Below are positions 1 through 8,866 of a DNA stretch of 64,000 nucleotides, piece by piece. Position numbers and translations under genes: made by a program. The notes under the pieces were generated by a model, which saw only the letters and a list, made by a program, of their open reading frames with translations, searched no databases and was not told where the DNA came from. The DNA is from an uncultured Gammaproteobacteria bacterium. GTDB taxonomy: Bacteria; Pseudomonadota; Gammaproteobacteria; UBA9214. The stretch covers positions 44,980 through 108,979 of the forward strand of contig CAVYHX010000031.1 of assembly GCA_963768415.1 (NCBI GenBank), written 5' to 3'. Position 1 is the first letter of the stretch. Every line of letters starts with the position of its first letter.

Positions 1-1377
1 ATGGACGATGCCTATTTGCGCTCCCGGCAGGATGACATCGATCACGTAATTAACCGCATCCAGCGCATCCTGCTCGATAGTGCCCAGGGCGATGCGCATG
101 CCGATAGAGAGAAACTGCAGAATTCAATTGCACTGACCGATGATCTGACGCCCGCCGAAACCGTGTTGCTGGAACACCTCGGTATCAGCGCATTCGCAAC
201 CGAGTATGGCGGACCCCTGTCACATACGGCGATCCTGGCACGCAGCGTGGAGTTACCCGCGGTTGTTGGCGCCCACAGTCTGCTGCGCTATATAAAAGAC
301 GGCGAGACCATTGTGCTTGACGGGCAGCTGGGGGTGCTGATCGCCTCGCCGGATAAAAATACCCTGGCGTTTTATCGCAAGCGGCAGAAGCAGGAGCAAC
401 AGCGGCGCCTGGAACTTGCGCGGCTCACAGACACACCGGCAGTCACTCTGGATAATACGCCCATCACGCTGATGGCAAATATAGAACTCCCGGAGGACAT
501 CGATGCCGTGCGCCGGGAAAACGCCAGCGGCGTCGGTCTCTACCGGACCGAATTTCTCTACATGAACCGTACCGAGCCACCGGATGAAGAGGAGCAGTTT
601 GACCGCTACATCAGCGTTATTGATGCGCTCGGAGGCAGACCATTGACCATCCGTACGCTGGATATCGGCGCCGACAAGCAGGCAATCGGCGGTGGTGTAC
701 ACTGCAGGAATCCGGCCCTCGGGCTGCGCGCCATTCGCCTTTGCCTCAGGGACCTGTCACTGTTCCGCCCCCAGTTACGGGCCATACTGCGGGCATCCGC
801 ACATGGTCCGGTGCGCATGATGATTCCGATGCTGTCAAACATCCAGGAGCTGCATCAGGTTCTTGGCGTCATCAACGAAACCAGGATTCAACTGCAGGAC
901 GAACAGCTGGCCTATGCACCGGATATGCAGATCGGAGGCATGATCGAGGTGCCGGCAGCCGCACTGGTCGCTCCGAGTTTTGCCCGACTGCTGGATTTTA
1001 TGTCCATCGGCACCAACGACCTGATCCAGTATACGCTGGCCATCGACCGTGTTGATGATGAAGTTAATTACCTCTATGACCCCCTGCATCCCGCCGTGCT
1101 GCGGCTGATCAAGATGGTCATTGATGCCGGACATGCGGCAGGTATACCGGTCGCCATGTGCGGGGAAATGGCAGGTGATCCACGCTATACACGCTTGCTG
1201 CTGGGCATGGGTTTGTGCGAATTCAGCATGCATCACACGTCATTACAGGAAGTCAAAAGTGTGATCAACAGAAGCAGTATTGGCGCGCTGACTCCGCATG
1301 TACAGGAACTGCTCACGACCGTTGTGCCCGAGTGCATACCCGGACAGGTCGAAGCAATCAACAGCGATATCGCCTGA
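1..1377 (+). CDS. ptsP: phosphoenolpyruvate-protein phosphotransferase PtsP/EI (C-terminal part; 5' end lies outside the window)
   Basis: ORF translation carries the PEP-utilising enzyme mobile domain (GGPLSHTAILARSVELPAVVG) and TIM-barrel motifs (MIEVPAAAL, SIGTNDLIQYTLAIDR). The phospho-His domain starts about 70 aa in, so the N-terminus/GAF region must lie upstream of the window. Confidence 0.85.
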   Translation: MDDAYLRSRQDDIDHVINRIQRILLDSAQGDAHADREKLQNSIALTDDLTPAETVLLEHLGISAFATEYGGPLSHTAILARSVELPAVVGAHSLLRYIKDGETIVLDGQLGVLIASPDKNTLAFYRKRQKQEQQRRLELARLTDTPAVTLDNTPITLMANIELPEDIDAVRRENASGVGLYRTEFLYMNRTEPPDEEEQFDRYISVIDALGGRPLTIRTLDIGADKQAIGGGVHCRNPALGLRAIRLCLRDLSLFRPQLRAILRASAHGPVRMMIPMLSNIQELHQVLGVINETRIQLQDEQLAYAPDMQIGGMIEVPAAALVAPSFARLLDFMSIGTNDLIQYTLAIDRVDDEVNYLYDPLHPAVLRLIKMVIDAGHAAGIPVAMCGEMAGDPRYTRLLLGMGLCEFSMHHTSLQEVKSVINRSSIGALTPHVQELLTTVVPECIPGQVEAINSDIA

Positions 1378-1494
1378 TACAGGTGCCCTGCTGCAGCCGC
1401 AGCATTCTCTCTTACCCAATTCGTTTTGGACTGTTACACTCGGTGTTGACTGTAATCGGCACAATGAAATCCCGTCCTTGAAACAAGCACGCAC

Positions 1495-2853
1495 ATGACA
1501 AACACCGTAGAAACCGACTCGACTGCAGGCAGGCTGGAGCTGCTGACCCGGGCACTGGATTCCGGGGCTGCCGACCAGATCAGGCATTTGCTCATCAGTC
1601 TGCATCCTGCTGAAATCGCCGATCTGCTGGAATCCTTCCCGCACGGACCCCGCGAGATCCTCTGGGAACTGGTTGACCCGGATGACCATGGCGAGGTCCT
1701 CGTACACGTTGGCGACGAGGTCCGCGCCGGGCTGATCGAAGAGCTGGATACCGACGCCCTGGTCGCGGCCACCGAAGGTCTGGATGCCGACGACATGGCC
1801 GACCTGCTGATGGACCTGCCGGGCGCCGCGATCAAGGAAGTCCTGGTGTCCATGGACAAGCAGAACCGGGACCGGCTGGAAGCAGTTCTGCACTATCCCG
1901 AGGACACGGCCGGCGGCCTCATGAATCTCGATACCGTGACAGTCAGGTCCGATGTCACACTCGACGTTGTCCTGCGCTACCTGCGGCTGCACGAGGATAT
2001 TCCCTCCACCACCGACAGCCTGATCATTGTGGACCGAAATGACCACTACAAGGGGGTATTGCCGCTGACTGTTTTGCTAACCAATGATCCCGATCAGCTG
2101 GTTGCAGCCGTAATGCAGCGCGATGTACAGGGCATCCCGGCGAAAATGACGGATGTCGAAGTCGCGAAACTTTTCGAGGATCGCGACCTGATCTCCGCCC
2201 CGGTCATAGATGATGACGGCAAGCTGCTCGGACGCATCACCATCGATGATGTCGTCGACGTGATCCGGGAAGACGCTGAACACTCCCTGCTCAGCATGGC
2301 CGGTCTGGATGAAGAAGATGACACCTTCGCGCCGGTCCTGAAAAGCGCACGGCGGCGTGCCATATGGCTCGGCATCAACCTGTTTACCGCCTTTCTCGCC
2401 TCCTGGGTCATCGGGCTGTTCAAGGGCACCCTGGAGGAAGTGGTTGCACTCGCCGTCCTGATGCCGATTGTTGCCAGTATGGGTGGAATAGCCGGCAGCC
2501 AGACGCTGATAATCGTGATTCGCGGCCTCGCACTGGGTCAGGTCGGCAGCTCCAATGCACGCTGGCTGATGTACAAGGAGCTGGCCGTGACCGCCCTCAA
2601 CGGCATCGGCTGGGCGCTGGTGGTCGCGGTCATCACCACGCTGTGGTTCGGTGATCCGGACATCGGGATGATCATCGCCGCGGCATTGATAATCAACCTG
2701 GTCTGCGCCGCACTGGCCGGCATCAGTATCCCGTTTATCCTGGAACATATGCGGATCGACCCGGCACATGCCGGGTCCGTACTGCTGACCACGATCACCG
2801 ATGTCGTGGGCTTTGTCGTATTCCTGGGCTTGGGGACGATCTTTCTGCTTTAG
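1495..2853 (+). CDS. mgtE: magnesium transporter MgtE
   Basis: 452-aa ORF with an MgtE N-domain, tandem CBS region and a C-terminal membrane domain (…PIVASMGGIAGSQTL…TDVVGFVVFLGLG). Confidence 0.9.
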   Translation: MTNTVETDSTAGRLELLTRALDSGAADQIRHLLISLHPAEIADLLESFPHGPREILWELVDPDDHGEVLVHVGDEVRAGLIEELDTDALVAATEGLDADDMADLLMDLPGAAIKEVLVSMDKQNRDRLEAVLHYPEDTAGGLMNLDTVTVRSDVTLDVVLRYLRLHEDIPSTTDSLIIVDRNDHYKGVLPLTVLLTNDPDQLVAAVMQRDVQGIPAKMTDVEVAKLFEDRDLISAPVIDDDGKLLGRITIDDVVDVIREDAEHSLLSMAGLDEEDDTFAPVLKSARRRAIWLGINLFTAFLASWVIGLFKGTLEEVVALAVLMPIVASMGGIAGSQTLIIVIRGLALGQVGSSNARWLMYKELAVTALNGIGWALVVAVITTLWFGDPDIGMIIAAALIINLVCAALAGISIPFILEHMRIDPAHAGSVLLTTITDVVGFVVFLGLGTIFLL

Positions 2854-2963
2854 CAAGGCGGCAATATGTGCATTGTTATGCCACATACAGGCCCCGGAAT
2901 CACTCCGGTCTGCGAGTATTTCTTATATCTTATTTCAGCTACCTGGACAGGTTATTGCGAACG

Positions 2964-3452
2964 ATGACAAGCACGGCGCCACATACACGCTTCAGACGAT
3001 TTATAAAAGATATCTCCATTCACACGCCATTTACAAAAATGGTGCTTTTGTTGATCATGCTGTGGCTGGTATTTTCCGCTGGCATGTATCTCGCGGAGCG
3101 CGGTGTTGAAGGGACGTCAATCAATTCATATGGAGAGGCGTTGTATTGGGGAGTGGCGGCATTTTCCACGGCAGGGATCGCTGACAAGCCCGCATCCGGT
3201 AGCGCCCGGTTAATTGGCGGCCTGTGGATAGTTATTGGCTCAGCGTTGTTTTTTGGTGCCATTGTAGCAACCATTACAACCTATTTTATGCGGCCCATGC
3301 AGCGCCCTCATAAAAAAATAATCGACACAATAGAGTATAACCTCGAACAGTTGAATGATCTGACAATCGATGAGCTCGATTTACTGAAAGAGACAGTTGA
3401 TACATTGATTGCACATGTCGAGCACCTGAAGGAAAGACAATCAGGGAGGTAA
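2964..3452 (+). CDS. small 2-TM ion-channel-like protein (Ion_trans_2-like) with a non-canonical pore signature
   Basis: TM1–pore-helix–filter-like–TM2 layout (MVLLLIMLWLVF…YWGVAAFSTAGIADK…IGGLWIVIGSALFFGAIVATI) in an AT-richer pocket. The start at 2964 (MTSTAPH…) was chosen inside the longer 2868 ORF. Confidence 0.5.
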   Translation: MTSTAPHTRFRRFIKDISIHTPFTKMVLLLIMLWLVFSAGMYLAERGVEGTSINSYGEALYWGVAAFSTAGIADKPASGSARLIGGLWIVIGSALFFGAIVATITTYFMRPMQRPHKKIIDTIEYNLEQLNDLTIDELDLLKETVDTLIAHVEHLKERQSGR

Positions 3453-3528
3453 GCGGATAACCGGGTTGCGCTGATATGCCTGGCCGCACGATCCGGTCCC
3501 TGAATAAACCAGGCTCGAGGAGATAACC

Positions 3529-3868
3529 ATGCTAACCGGGCTGATTCGCAATATTTCGCTTGCAACCATACTGATCGCTATCACTACAACCGCATTGGCC
3601 GATCAGTATCTGGTCGTTGGATCAGATGGACCTGGATTTGCATCTTCCCGGGAGGCGCTGGAGATACTGGAAAATGGGGTTCTTCCGGCCTTTGATGCAC
3701 TCAAGCGCCTGGAGAAAGAGAGGAAAATACTCGCCGGCGGACCGCATGGTGCGTGACATTCCGGGATGGGGGGTATTCACCTGGCAGATTACACCCTTGC
3801 AGAGTTTCGATGGGCGTGCTGCGAAGGAACGCAATATCGTTGCCGCCCTGAAGAAACAGATGAAATAA
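3529..3868 (+). CDS. small hypothetical secreted protein; the coding signal switches frame near 3745 (possible 1-nt indel)
   Basis: Frame 1 (3529–3756) encodes a signal-peptide-like N-terminus followed by a hydrophilic domain. Frame 2 continues protein-like to 3868 and is followed immediately by a strong terminator. Confidence 0.3.
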
Positions 3869-3914
3869 ACCCGCTGCGCTGCGGTGATCAGACACCTGAT
3901 GTACAACTGATTTC

Positions 3915-3947
3915 AGCCCCTCTCCCCGGGAAGAGGGGCTTGTTGTT
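3915..3947 (+). terminator. Rho-independent terminator (9-bp GC stem agcccctct/agaggggct followed by a T-tract)
   Basis: Perfect inverted repeat 3915–3923/3932–3940 followed by tgttgtt. It lies between convergent genes and is T-rich only in the + orientation. Confidence 0.6.
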
Positions 3948-3958
3948 ATGTAATGGGC

Positions 3959-5317
3959 TCAGGTGCCGCCAATCGTCATCTGCTCAATCAGTACCGAGCC
4001 GGCGCGGATATTGCCGCGCATATCCACATCATTGCCGACTTCCGCAATACCGAGGAACATGTCTTTCATATTGCCGGCGACAGTCACCTCGTCGACCGGG
4101 TACTGGATTTCGCCGCCCTCGACCCAGTAGCCAGCGATACCACGGGAATAATCACCGGTGAGGATATTGACGCCAAAGCCGATTACCTCCGTGACCAGGA
4201 GGCCGGTATCCATGGCGCGCAACAGCGCTGGCAGGTCCTTGTCACCCGGGTCGATGATCAGGTTGTGCACCCCGCCGCTATTCGCGGTCGTCTGCATGCC
4301 CAGCTTGCGTGCTGCATAACTGTTCAAAACATAACCCTTCAGGATGCCGTCTGTAACGATGTCCCGTGCGTATGTCGCCACCCCTTCGCCGTCATAGGGG
4401 GCGCTGCCCAGCGCCTTCTTCAGCAAGGGTTGCTCGTGGATATGCATGAACCCGGGAAATACCTGTGTTTCCAGGCAATCGACCAGAAAAGATGATTTGC
4501 GATACAGATTACTGCCATTGATGGCGCTGATAAAATTACCGAACAGGCCGCGTGCAACATCCGCGGCAAAGATCACCGGCGCCTGGCAGGTAGCCAGCTT
4601 CCGGGCCCCGAGGCGCCGCACCGTGCGTTCACCGGCCATGCGCCCGACATCAGCAGGGGTCGCCAGATCAGCCGGGTCGCGGGCAGATTCGTACCAGTGA
4701 TCGCGCTGCATCTCGTCGGTTTGTTTGCCGATGACTGAACAGCTCAGGCTGTGACGGCTGGTCCGGTAGCCACCCAGGAATCCGTGACTGTTGGCCGAGA
4801 CGCGCATACCGACATAGCTGGAAACCGTGCCTCCTTCGGAATTCACGATGCGCGCGTCAACGGCGCGGGCTTCGGCCTCGCATTCCCTGGCCAGATCAAT
4901 CGCCTCCTCCGCACCGAGCGCCCAGGGATGGTACAGGTCCAGATCCGGTATTACGGTCGCCATCCGGTCTGCGTCCGCCAGTCCGGCGCACTCATCCGCA
5001 CCGGTATAGCGGGCAATATCGCAGGCCGCCTGCACCGTCGCCTGCAGACTTTCAGGTGCAAAATCCGCGGTACTCGCCGTGCCCTTGCGATGATCGAAAT
5101 AGACCGTCAGGCCTATCCCCCGGTCACGATTGTGTTCCAGGGTCTCGACCTCGCCGAGACGCACGGTTACGGACAGGCCTGCGTCGATACTGACACCCGC
5201 CTCAACGCTGTCGGCCCCCAGCTGATGTGCCCGGCCGATAATATCCTGCACCATCTCCTCAAGCCGGGACTGCGCCGGAAACGGCAATTCCTGTGTTGTT
5301 GTCTGCATATCTGGCAT
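3959..5317 (-). CDS. pmbA: metalloprotease PmbA (TldE)
   Basis: 452-aa TldD/PmbA-family ORF, paralogous to the TldD gene at 10067, with divergent yjgA beside it as in the E. coli pmbA/yjgA pair. Confidence 0.9.
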   Translation of the reverse strand: MPDMQTTTQELPFPAQSRLEEMVQDIIGRAHQLGADSVEAGVSIDAGLSVTVRLGEVETLEHNRDRGIGLTVYFDHRKGTASTADFAPESLQATVQAACDIARYTGADECAGLADADRMATVIPDLDLYHPWALGAEEAIDLARECEAEARAVDARIVNSEGGTVSSYVGMRVSANSHGFLGGYRTSRHSLSCSVIGKQTDEMQRDHWYESARDPADLATPADVGRMAGERTVRRLGARKLATCQAPVIFAADVARGLFGNFISAINGSNLYRKSSFLVDCLETQVFPGFMHIHEQPLLKKALGSAPYDGEGVATYARDIVTDGILKGYVLNSYAARKLGMQTTANSGGVHNLIIDPGDKDLPALLRAMDTGLLVTEVIGFGVNILTGDYSRGIAGYWVEGGEIQYPVDEVTVAGNMKDMFLGIAEVGNDVDMRGNIRAGSVLIEQMTIGGT

Positions 5318-5434
5318 GGTTGATCCTTGTCGGTAATCGGAGCGATTCTACCGGCAGCCACCGTGCCGGACAAATGCTACTGAAACGGTTATCCTTTCAT
5401 TCAGAAAAATACCGGCAGACAGCCTGGAGAAGAC

Positions 5435-5944
5435 ATGGATCACGACGTGTACACCGACATCAGCAAGTCACAGCGCAAACGCGAGATGGACGAACTGAAA
5501 CAGCTCGGATCGGTATTGCTCGAGTTCACTGACGACGCGCTCCGGCAGCTGTGTCTGCCGGATGAATTGCTGGATGCAATACGCACGGCCCAGCGCATCA
5601 ACTCCCACGGGGCGCGCAAACGCCAGTTGCAGTATATCGGAAAACTTATGCGCGGGATCGACGAGACACCGATCCGGCAGGCGATTGAAGCACGCGACCA
5701 CCAGCAATCGACCCACACACGCGAATTTCACCTGCTTGAGGATCTGCGCGAAAAACTGCTGGCCCGCGGGGACAGCGCCCTGCCCGATGTCCTCGCGCAA
5801 TTCCCGCGCACAGACCGGCAACACCTGCGCAAGCTGGTACGGCAGGCGCGCAAGGAGCAGGAGGCCGGTCAGCCCCCGCGCGCAGCACGGCTGATATTCC
5901 GTTACCTGCGCGAGCTGCAGGAAGAATCCGAGCAACCCTACTGA
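5435..5944 (+). CDS. yjgA: ribosome-associated protein YjgA/DarP (DUF615)
   Basis: 169-aa basic/acidic ORF divergent from pmbA, in the conserved position with compatible sequence. Confidence 0.8.
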   Translation: MDHDVYTDISKSQRKREMDELKQLGSVLLEFTDDALRQLCLPDELLDAIRTAQRINSHGARKRQLQYIGKLMRGIDETPIRQAIEARDHQQSTHTREFHLLEDLREKLLARGDSALPDVLAQFPRTDRQHLRKLVRQARKEQEAGQPPRAARLIFRYLRELQEESEQPY

Positions 5945-6025
5945 CGGTACGGACCACTTGCTGGTCATATGCAGGCTGGGTAATACGTAGCGTGCCCAAC
6001 CTGCCACTGCACAGAATTCGATACA

Positions 6026-6748
6026 CCTGCTGGAGCGGCCTTCTGGCCGCGAGGGTTTTCCGTAACCATCGCGCCGAAGGACGGCGCTCCTACAGTGGTT
6101 CCTATTACCGCCTGTAGGAGCGGCCTCCTGGCCGCGATGGGTTTTCCCTAACCATCGCGCCGAAGGACGGCGCTCCCACAGTGGTTCCTATTACCGCCTG
6201 TAGGAGCGGCCTCCTGGCCGCGATGGGTTTTCCCTAACCATCGCGCCGAAGGACGGCGCTCCCACAGTGGTTCCTATTACCGCCTGTAGGAGCGGCCTCC
6301 TGGCCGCGATAGGGTTTCCCTAACCATCGCGCCGAAGGACGGCGCTCCTACAGTGGTTCCTATTACCGCCTGTAGGAGCGGCCTCCTGGCCGCGATAGGG
6401 TTTCCCTAACCATCGCGCCGAAGGACGGCGCTCCTACAGTGGTTCCTATTACCGCCTGTAGGAGCGGCCTCCTGGCCGCGATGGGTTTTCCGTAACCATC
6501 GCGCCGAAGGACGGCGCTCCTACAGTGGTTCCTATTACCGCCTGTAGGAGCGGCCTCCTGGCCGCGATGGGTTTTCCCTAACCATCGCGCCGAAGGACGG
6601 CGCTCCTACAGTGGGTTCTATTACCGCCTGTAGGAGCGGCCTCCTGGCCGCGATCGGTTTCCCTAACCATCGCGCCGAAGGACGGCGCTCCTACAGTGGT
6701 TCCTATTTCCGCCTGTAGGAGCGGCCTCCTGGCCGCGATGGTTTCAAC
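6026..6748. repeat. tandem direct repeat array, 86-bp unit in 8 full copies plus a partial ninth, each unit an extended imperfect hairpin
   Basis: Units start at 6026, 6111, 6197, 6283, 6369, 6455, 6541, 6627 and 6712. The unit is cctgtaggagcggcctcctggccgcgatgggttttccctaaccatcgcgccgaaggacggcgctcc[t/c]acagtggttcctattaccg. Inner arms cgcgatgg/ccatcgcg and outer arms ctgtaggagcg/cgctcctacag pair, and copies differ at a few positions. Confidence 0.9.
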
Positions 6749-6757
6749 CATACCTCA

Positions 6758-7765
6758 CTACAGACGCACTGGTTTCACAGTTCGCTGCTCTGTCTCCAGT
6801 GCCGCAGCATACTCGGCCACGATCTCGGCGGCGGGTTGCACGGCATGTATACCCTCCACGCTTTTGCCCGCCTGGAAGATATCCCGATAGCTCATCCCCT
6901 GCAGCGAGGCCCGTTTCAGCTTCCAGATGGATTGCAATGAATACAGGGTGCGCATCCAGTGCTTGGTTTTACGGCCACGCAGCATCCACCTGGCAAACGG
7001 ACCCGCCCGGGTACCGATGCGTTCGATATAGGGTGTCCTGATGACGGCAACCGGCACACCGGATATCTTTTCAGACAGCACGATATCATCCTCCCCGGCG
7101 TCAAGAATGGCCTGCTTGTAGTCTGCATGCGCCGTACAATCGGTGCTCGCTATGAACCGGGTCCCCAACTGGGCGCCGGCATATCCCATCCTGATGGCCT
7201 GGCTGAATTCGGCCGGGCTGCCGATCCCGCCGGCACAGATAACCGGTTTACCGAGTGCGCCCACTTCCTCCAGCAGCGCTTGCGGTGACTGGTCACCCGC
7301 ATGGCCACCGGCCCGGTTATTGACGCAGATAAAACCGTCGACACCGCCATCCAGGGCTTTCTCCGCCCACTTCCGGCTGGTGACATCGTGGTACACAAGC
7401 ACCCCTGCGGGGCGCGCCTGATCGACAACCCAGCGCGGATTACCCAGTGCAGTCACAATAAACGGGACCTGTTCTTGCAGCGCAATGTCCATCCACCGGT
7501 GCACACGCTCCAGGTATTTCCTCGAACTCTGTTCGATAATCAGGTTAACGCCGATAGGCCTGGAGGTCAGACTGCGGATATAGCGCAGCCCGTCCCTGAA
7601 TTCGAAGCCATGCACATAGGTAAGACTCAGGGGCTGCACCACGCCGATGCCGCCGGCCTCGGACACTGCTGCAACCAGTTCCGGGTTCGAACAGGGGTAC
7701 ATGGCGCCGCAAATCAGCGGCACGTCGATGCCCAGGGCACGACTGAATACGGTTTGCACACTCAC
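6758..7765 (-). CDS. NAD(P)H-dependent flavin oxidoreductase, nitronate monooxygenase (NMO) family
   Basis: 335-aa ORF with NMO/2-nitropropane-dioxygenase motifs (…GKPVICAGGIGSPAEFSQAIRMGYAGAQLGTRFIAS…). Confidence 0.8.
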   Translation of the reverse strand: MSVQTVFSRALGIDVPLICGAMYPCSNPELVAAVSEAGGIGVVQPLSLTYVHGFEFRDGLRYIRSLTSRPIGVNLIIEQSSRKYLERVHRWMDIALQEQVPFIVTALGNPRWVVDQARPAGVLVYHDVTSRKWAEKALDGGVDGFICVNNRAGGHAGDQSPQALLEEVGALGKPVICAGGIGSPAEFSQAIRMGYAGAQLGTRFIASTDCTAHADYKQAILDAGEDDIVLSEKISGVPVAVIRTPYIERIGTRAGPFARWMLRGRKTKHWMRTLYSLQSIWKLKRASLQGMSYRDIFQAGKSVEGIHAVQPAAEIVAEYAAALETEQRTVKPVRL

Positions 7766-7838
7766 CGCGGGTACCAGGGCATGCAGGGCGCGTCCCGCCT
7801 GCTTGCGGGAACTGCGGAGGTATCGGTCAGCATGGCTG

Positions 7839-8342
7839 TTATGTACCGTCCGGGCCGATCAACCAGCGCGCGCGGACGCTGGCAACCGTTTCATTAGCGG
7901 TATCGTGTATGTTGCACATGACCGTACACTCCTGTTCAGAATTACTGGCGGGTATATCGCACCGGCATACCGCGGTGAGCAGGCCGCGGGCCTTTTTCAA
8001 ATACTGGATGTCGAGACCGGTGAGTATGCCACGACACTGATCGGGCAGGCTGTTCATCAAAGCAAGCCCGGTGGCCATCTCGCCAAGGTTGGCGAGCGCG
8101 ATGGCGTGTACGGAACGTAAATGATTGCGAACCCGGCGGCGGTCCCGCAAAGTCACCGTACAATGCCCCGGCTCGAGTATCTGTACCTGAGCGCGAATAC
8201 TGCCCGTGTAGGGCACCATACGCCCGAGCGCGCGGCTGAACAGCCACCGGCCACCCGGCTTTGTCGAGAAGCGGCGCCACTGATTGCGCAGTACGGGTCC
8301 AATGGATGGACTCATATCACCCTGCCCTCCCGTTAGCGTCAT
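7839..8342 (-). CDS. DUF4442/hotdog-fold (thioesterase-like) protein
   Basis: 167-aa ORF (…LRNQWRRFSTKPGGRWLFSRALGRMVPYTGSI…VRNHLRSVHAIALANLGE…) typical of the DUF4442 family. Confidence 0.6.
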   Translation of the reverse strand: MTLTGGQGDMSPSIGPVLRNQWRRFSTKPGGRWLFSRALGRMVPYTGSIRAQVQILEPGHCTVTLRDRRRVRNHLRSVHAIALANLGEMATGLALMNSLPDQCRGILTGLDIQYLKKARGLLTAVCRCDIPASNSEQECTVMCNIHDTANETVASVRARWLIGPDGT

Positions 8343-8390
8343 TCACCTGAATGCTGCACCGGCCACCGTCTATATGCGGATTGCCAACGG

Positions 8391-8816
8391 TTATTTTAAG
8401 GATGCTTTCAGTTCACCCAGCAGCGCAACGTAAATGCCATGACAGAATGCAACAGCATCTTCCACTGTGGATTCCCAGGAGGAAGACCACTCGACCAGCG
8501 TACCGTGACCATCTTCTGCCGGGCTCAGTTTTACGACACCATGGTAGTTCGACACTTCATCCGCGGACACTGGCGAGGGACCGTCATCGATGGAATATTT
8601 CAGTGTATACGCAGCATGATCGATCGCCACCAGGGTTTCATGGAAAGCCTGGTTGAGTATTCGCTTCGCCCCCACAGTACCGCCGTCTGCATTGCCGACC
8701 TTTTCAACGTCTGTAATCACGTTTGTGGCCCAGGAAAAATCGTGGAAATTACTCAATCTCGACCATACCGCAGCGATCGGGGCATCAATAACAACAGATT
8801 GATATGTCGTTGGCAT
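8391..8816 (-). CDS. SRPBCC (polyketide cyclase/Bet v1-like) ligand-binding protein
   Basis: About 141 aa from MPTTYQSVVIDAPIAAVWSRLSNFHDFSW…, which is the SRPBCC signature N-terminus. Confidence 0.65.
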   Translation of the reverse strand: MPTTYQSVVIDAPIAAVWSRLSNFHDFSWATNVITDVEKVGNADGGTVGAKRILNQAFHETLVAIDHAAYTLKYSIDDGPSPVSADEVSNYHGVVKLSPAEDGHGTLVEWSSSWESTVEDAVAFCHGIYVALLGELKASLK

Positions 8817-8866
8817 CAGTAGCTCTCCCGGGAAACCGGAGTCGGCCCGCAAGCGGGATGAATTTC

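Noticed and set aside
253-1236. Antisense or alternative-frame ORFs inside ptsP (253..702 −, 606..842 −, 835..1236 −); similar ones occur inside yhdP, rng, leuS, ppc and elsewhere
   Set aside because: They lie entirely within well-supported conserved genes on the opposite strand or an alternative frame, have an Arg/Ala/Pro-rich composition typical of high-GC spurious ORFs, and have no recognisable motifs.
6026-6748. Possible CRISPR array (regular direct repeats)
   Set aside because: The whole 86-bp unit repeats with no unique spacer between copies, unit variants differ only by point changes, and no cas genes are nearby. It is a minisatellite-like tandem repeat, not a repeat-spacer array.
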